Below, one piece after another: positions 63,477 to 64,000 of a DNA stretch of 64,000 bases (positions within the stretch are counted from its first letter, which is position 1; every line of letters begins with the position of its first letter). The position numbers were made by a program, and so were the translations under genes. Under the pieces are notes generated by a model. That model saw nothing but the letters and a program-made list of their open reading frames with translations, searched no databases and was not told the origin of the DNA. The DNA comes from a virus (lineage: Duplodnaviria; Caudoviricetes). Where the stretch lies: positions 18,751 to 82,750 of IMG/VR virus record IMGVR_UViG_3300033072_000683; one strand, 5' to 3'.

Positions 63477-64000
63477 ATGAACCGCAAAGAAGAATTTTTA
63501 CAAAAATGTTTGGTACTGGACACAGAAACCAACTCTGATGATTACAAAATTGCCGAAATTGTCGAATCTGGCTTTGTAATTAGAGAAAACGAAGATTGGA
63601 CAATTTTCCAAGAGCTTCACAAACCTATCGATCGTCCAATTCCACCGAAAGTTGAATCTATCTGCTATATCACAAACGAAATGGTAGCAGACAAGGAACC
63701 GTTTATTGACAACCGAGAAGTATTTCAGGCAGTTGTTGACGGTTACTCCGATGGATTCCTAGTAGCACACAATCATTTCTTTGATATGCGTGTACTAGGT
63801 AATCACGGTATTGATACAAATAACCATACCTGGATCTGCACATGGAGAATGGCAAAGAAGCTATTCAATGGAGTCGCAGAAGTCGAGGAAACAAATCTCC
63901 CATATCTGCGTTTTGCACTCAAACTTGATGTGCCTATTGAAATGTTGTGCCACCGCGCAGGCAACGACTCTTTCATGACTGGCAGATTGCTAGAATTCTT
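63477..64000 (+). CDS. DEDDh 3'-5' exonuclease (DnaQ/ExoX-like), truncated by window end
   Basis: LDTET, VAHNHFFD, CHRAGND by hand translation. Confidence 0.88.
   Translation, partial: MNRKEEFLQKCLVLDTETNSDDYKIAEIVESGFVIRENEDWTIFQELHKPIDRPIPPKVESICYITNEMVADKEPFIDNREVFQAVVDGYSDGFLVAHNHFFDMRVLGNHGIDTNNHTWICTWRMAKKLFNGVAEVEETNLPYLRFALKLDVPIEMLCHRAGNDSFMTGRLLEF

Noticed and set aside
1-64000. Stop-codon reassignment
   Set aside because: Core genes are full length in the standard code and TAA, TAG and TGA all terminate genes; only one internal TAA was seen.
1-64000. CRISPR array, DGR/retron, integrase or IS element
   Set aside because: No spaced direct repeats, reverse transcriptase, recombinase or transposase motifs seen.

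Overview
This window is part of a large T4-related (jumbo myophage-like) dsDNA phage genome, almost all on the + strand, with no host genes, CRISPR array or mobile element visible. It holds a packaging/recombination/replication core (large terminase, gp32 SSB, UvsX/UvsY/UvsW, primase, helicase, a 196-aa miniature DnaE-like protein, DNA ligase, NrdAB, ThyA, DEDDh exonuclease). Many predicted head and virion proteins sit behind T4-type late promoters (xxTAAATA). An accessory region carries NAD+ salvage (NatV/NadV type), FolE/QueD, RNA-repair enzymes, ClpX/ClpS/sHsp/bS21, a tail-anchored metacaspase, secreted proteins and cell-wall enzymes. The most striking signals are non-coding. (1) Most sigma70-type promoters and several late promoters lie inside inverted repeats whose right arm often covers the RBS or start codon, suggesting a window-wide promoter-gated translation scheme. 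(2) There is a tRNA-Lys(CTT)-like RNA with a structured 69-nt D-loop. (3) The two NAD-salvage genes share a two-hairpin leader. (4) A ROSE-type RNA thermometer precedes the sHsp gene. All calls are from reading motifs by eye; no database search or folding program was run.
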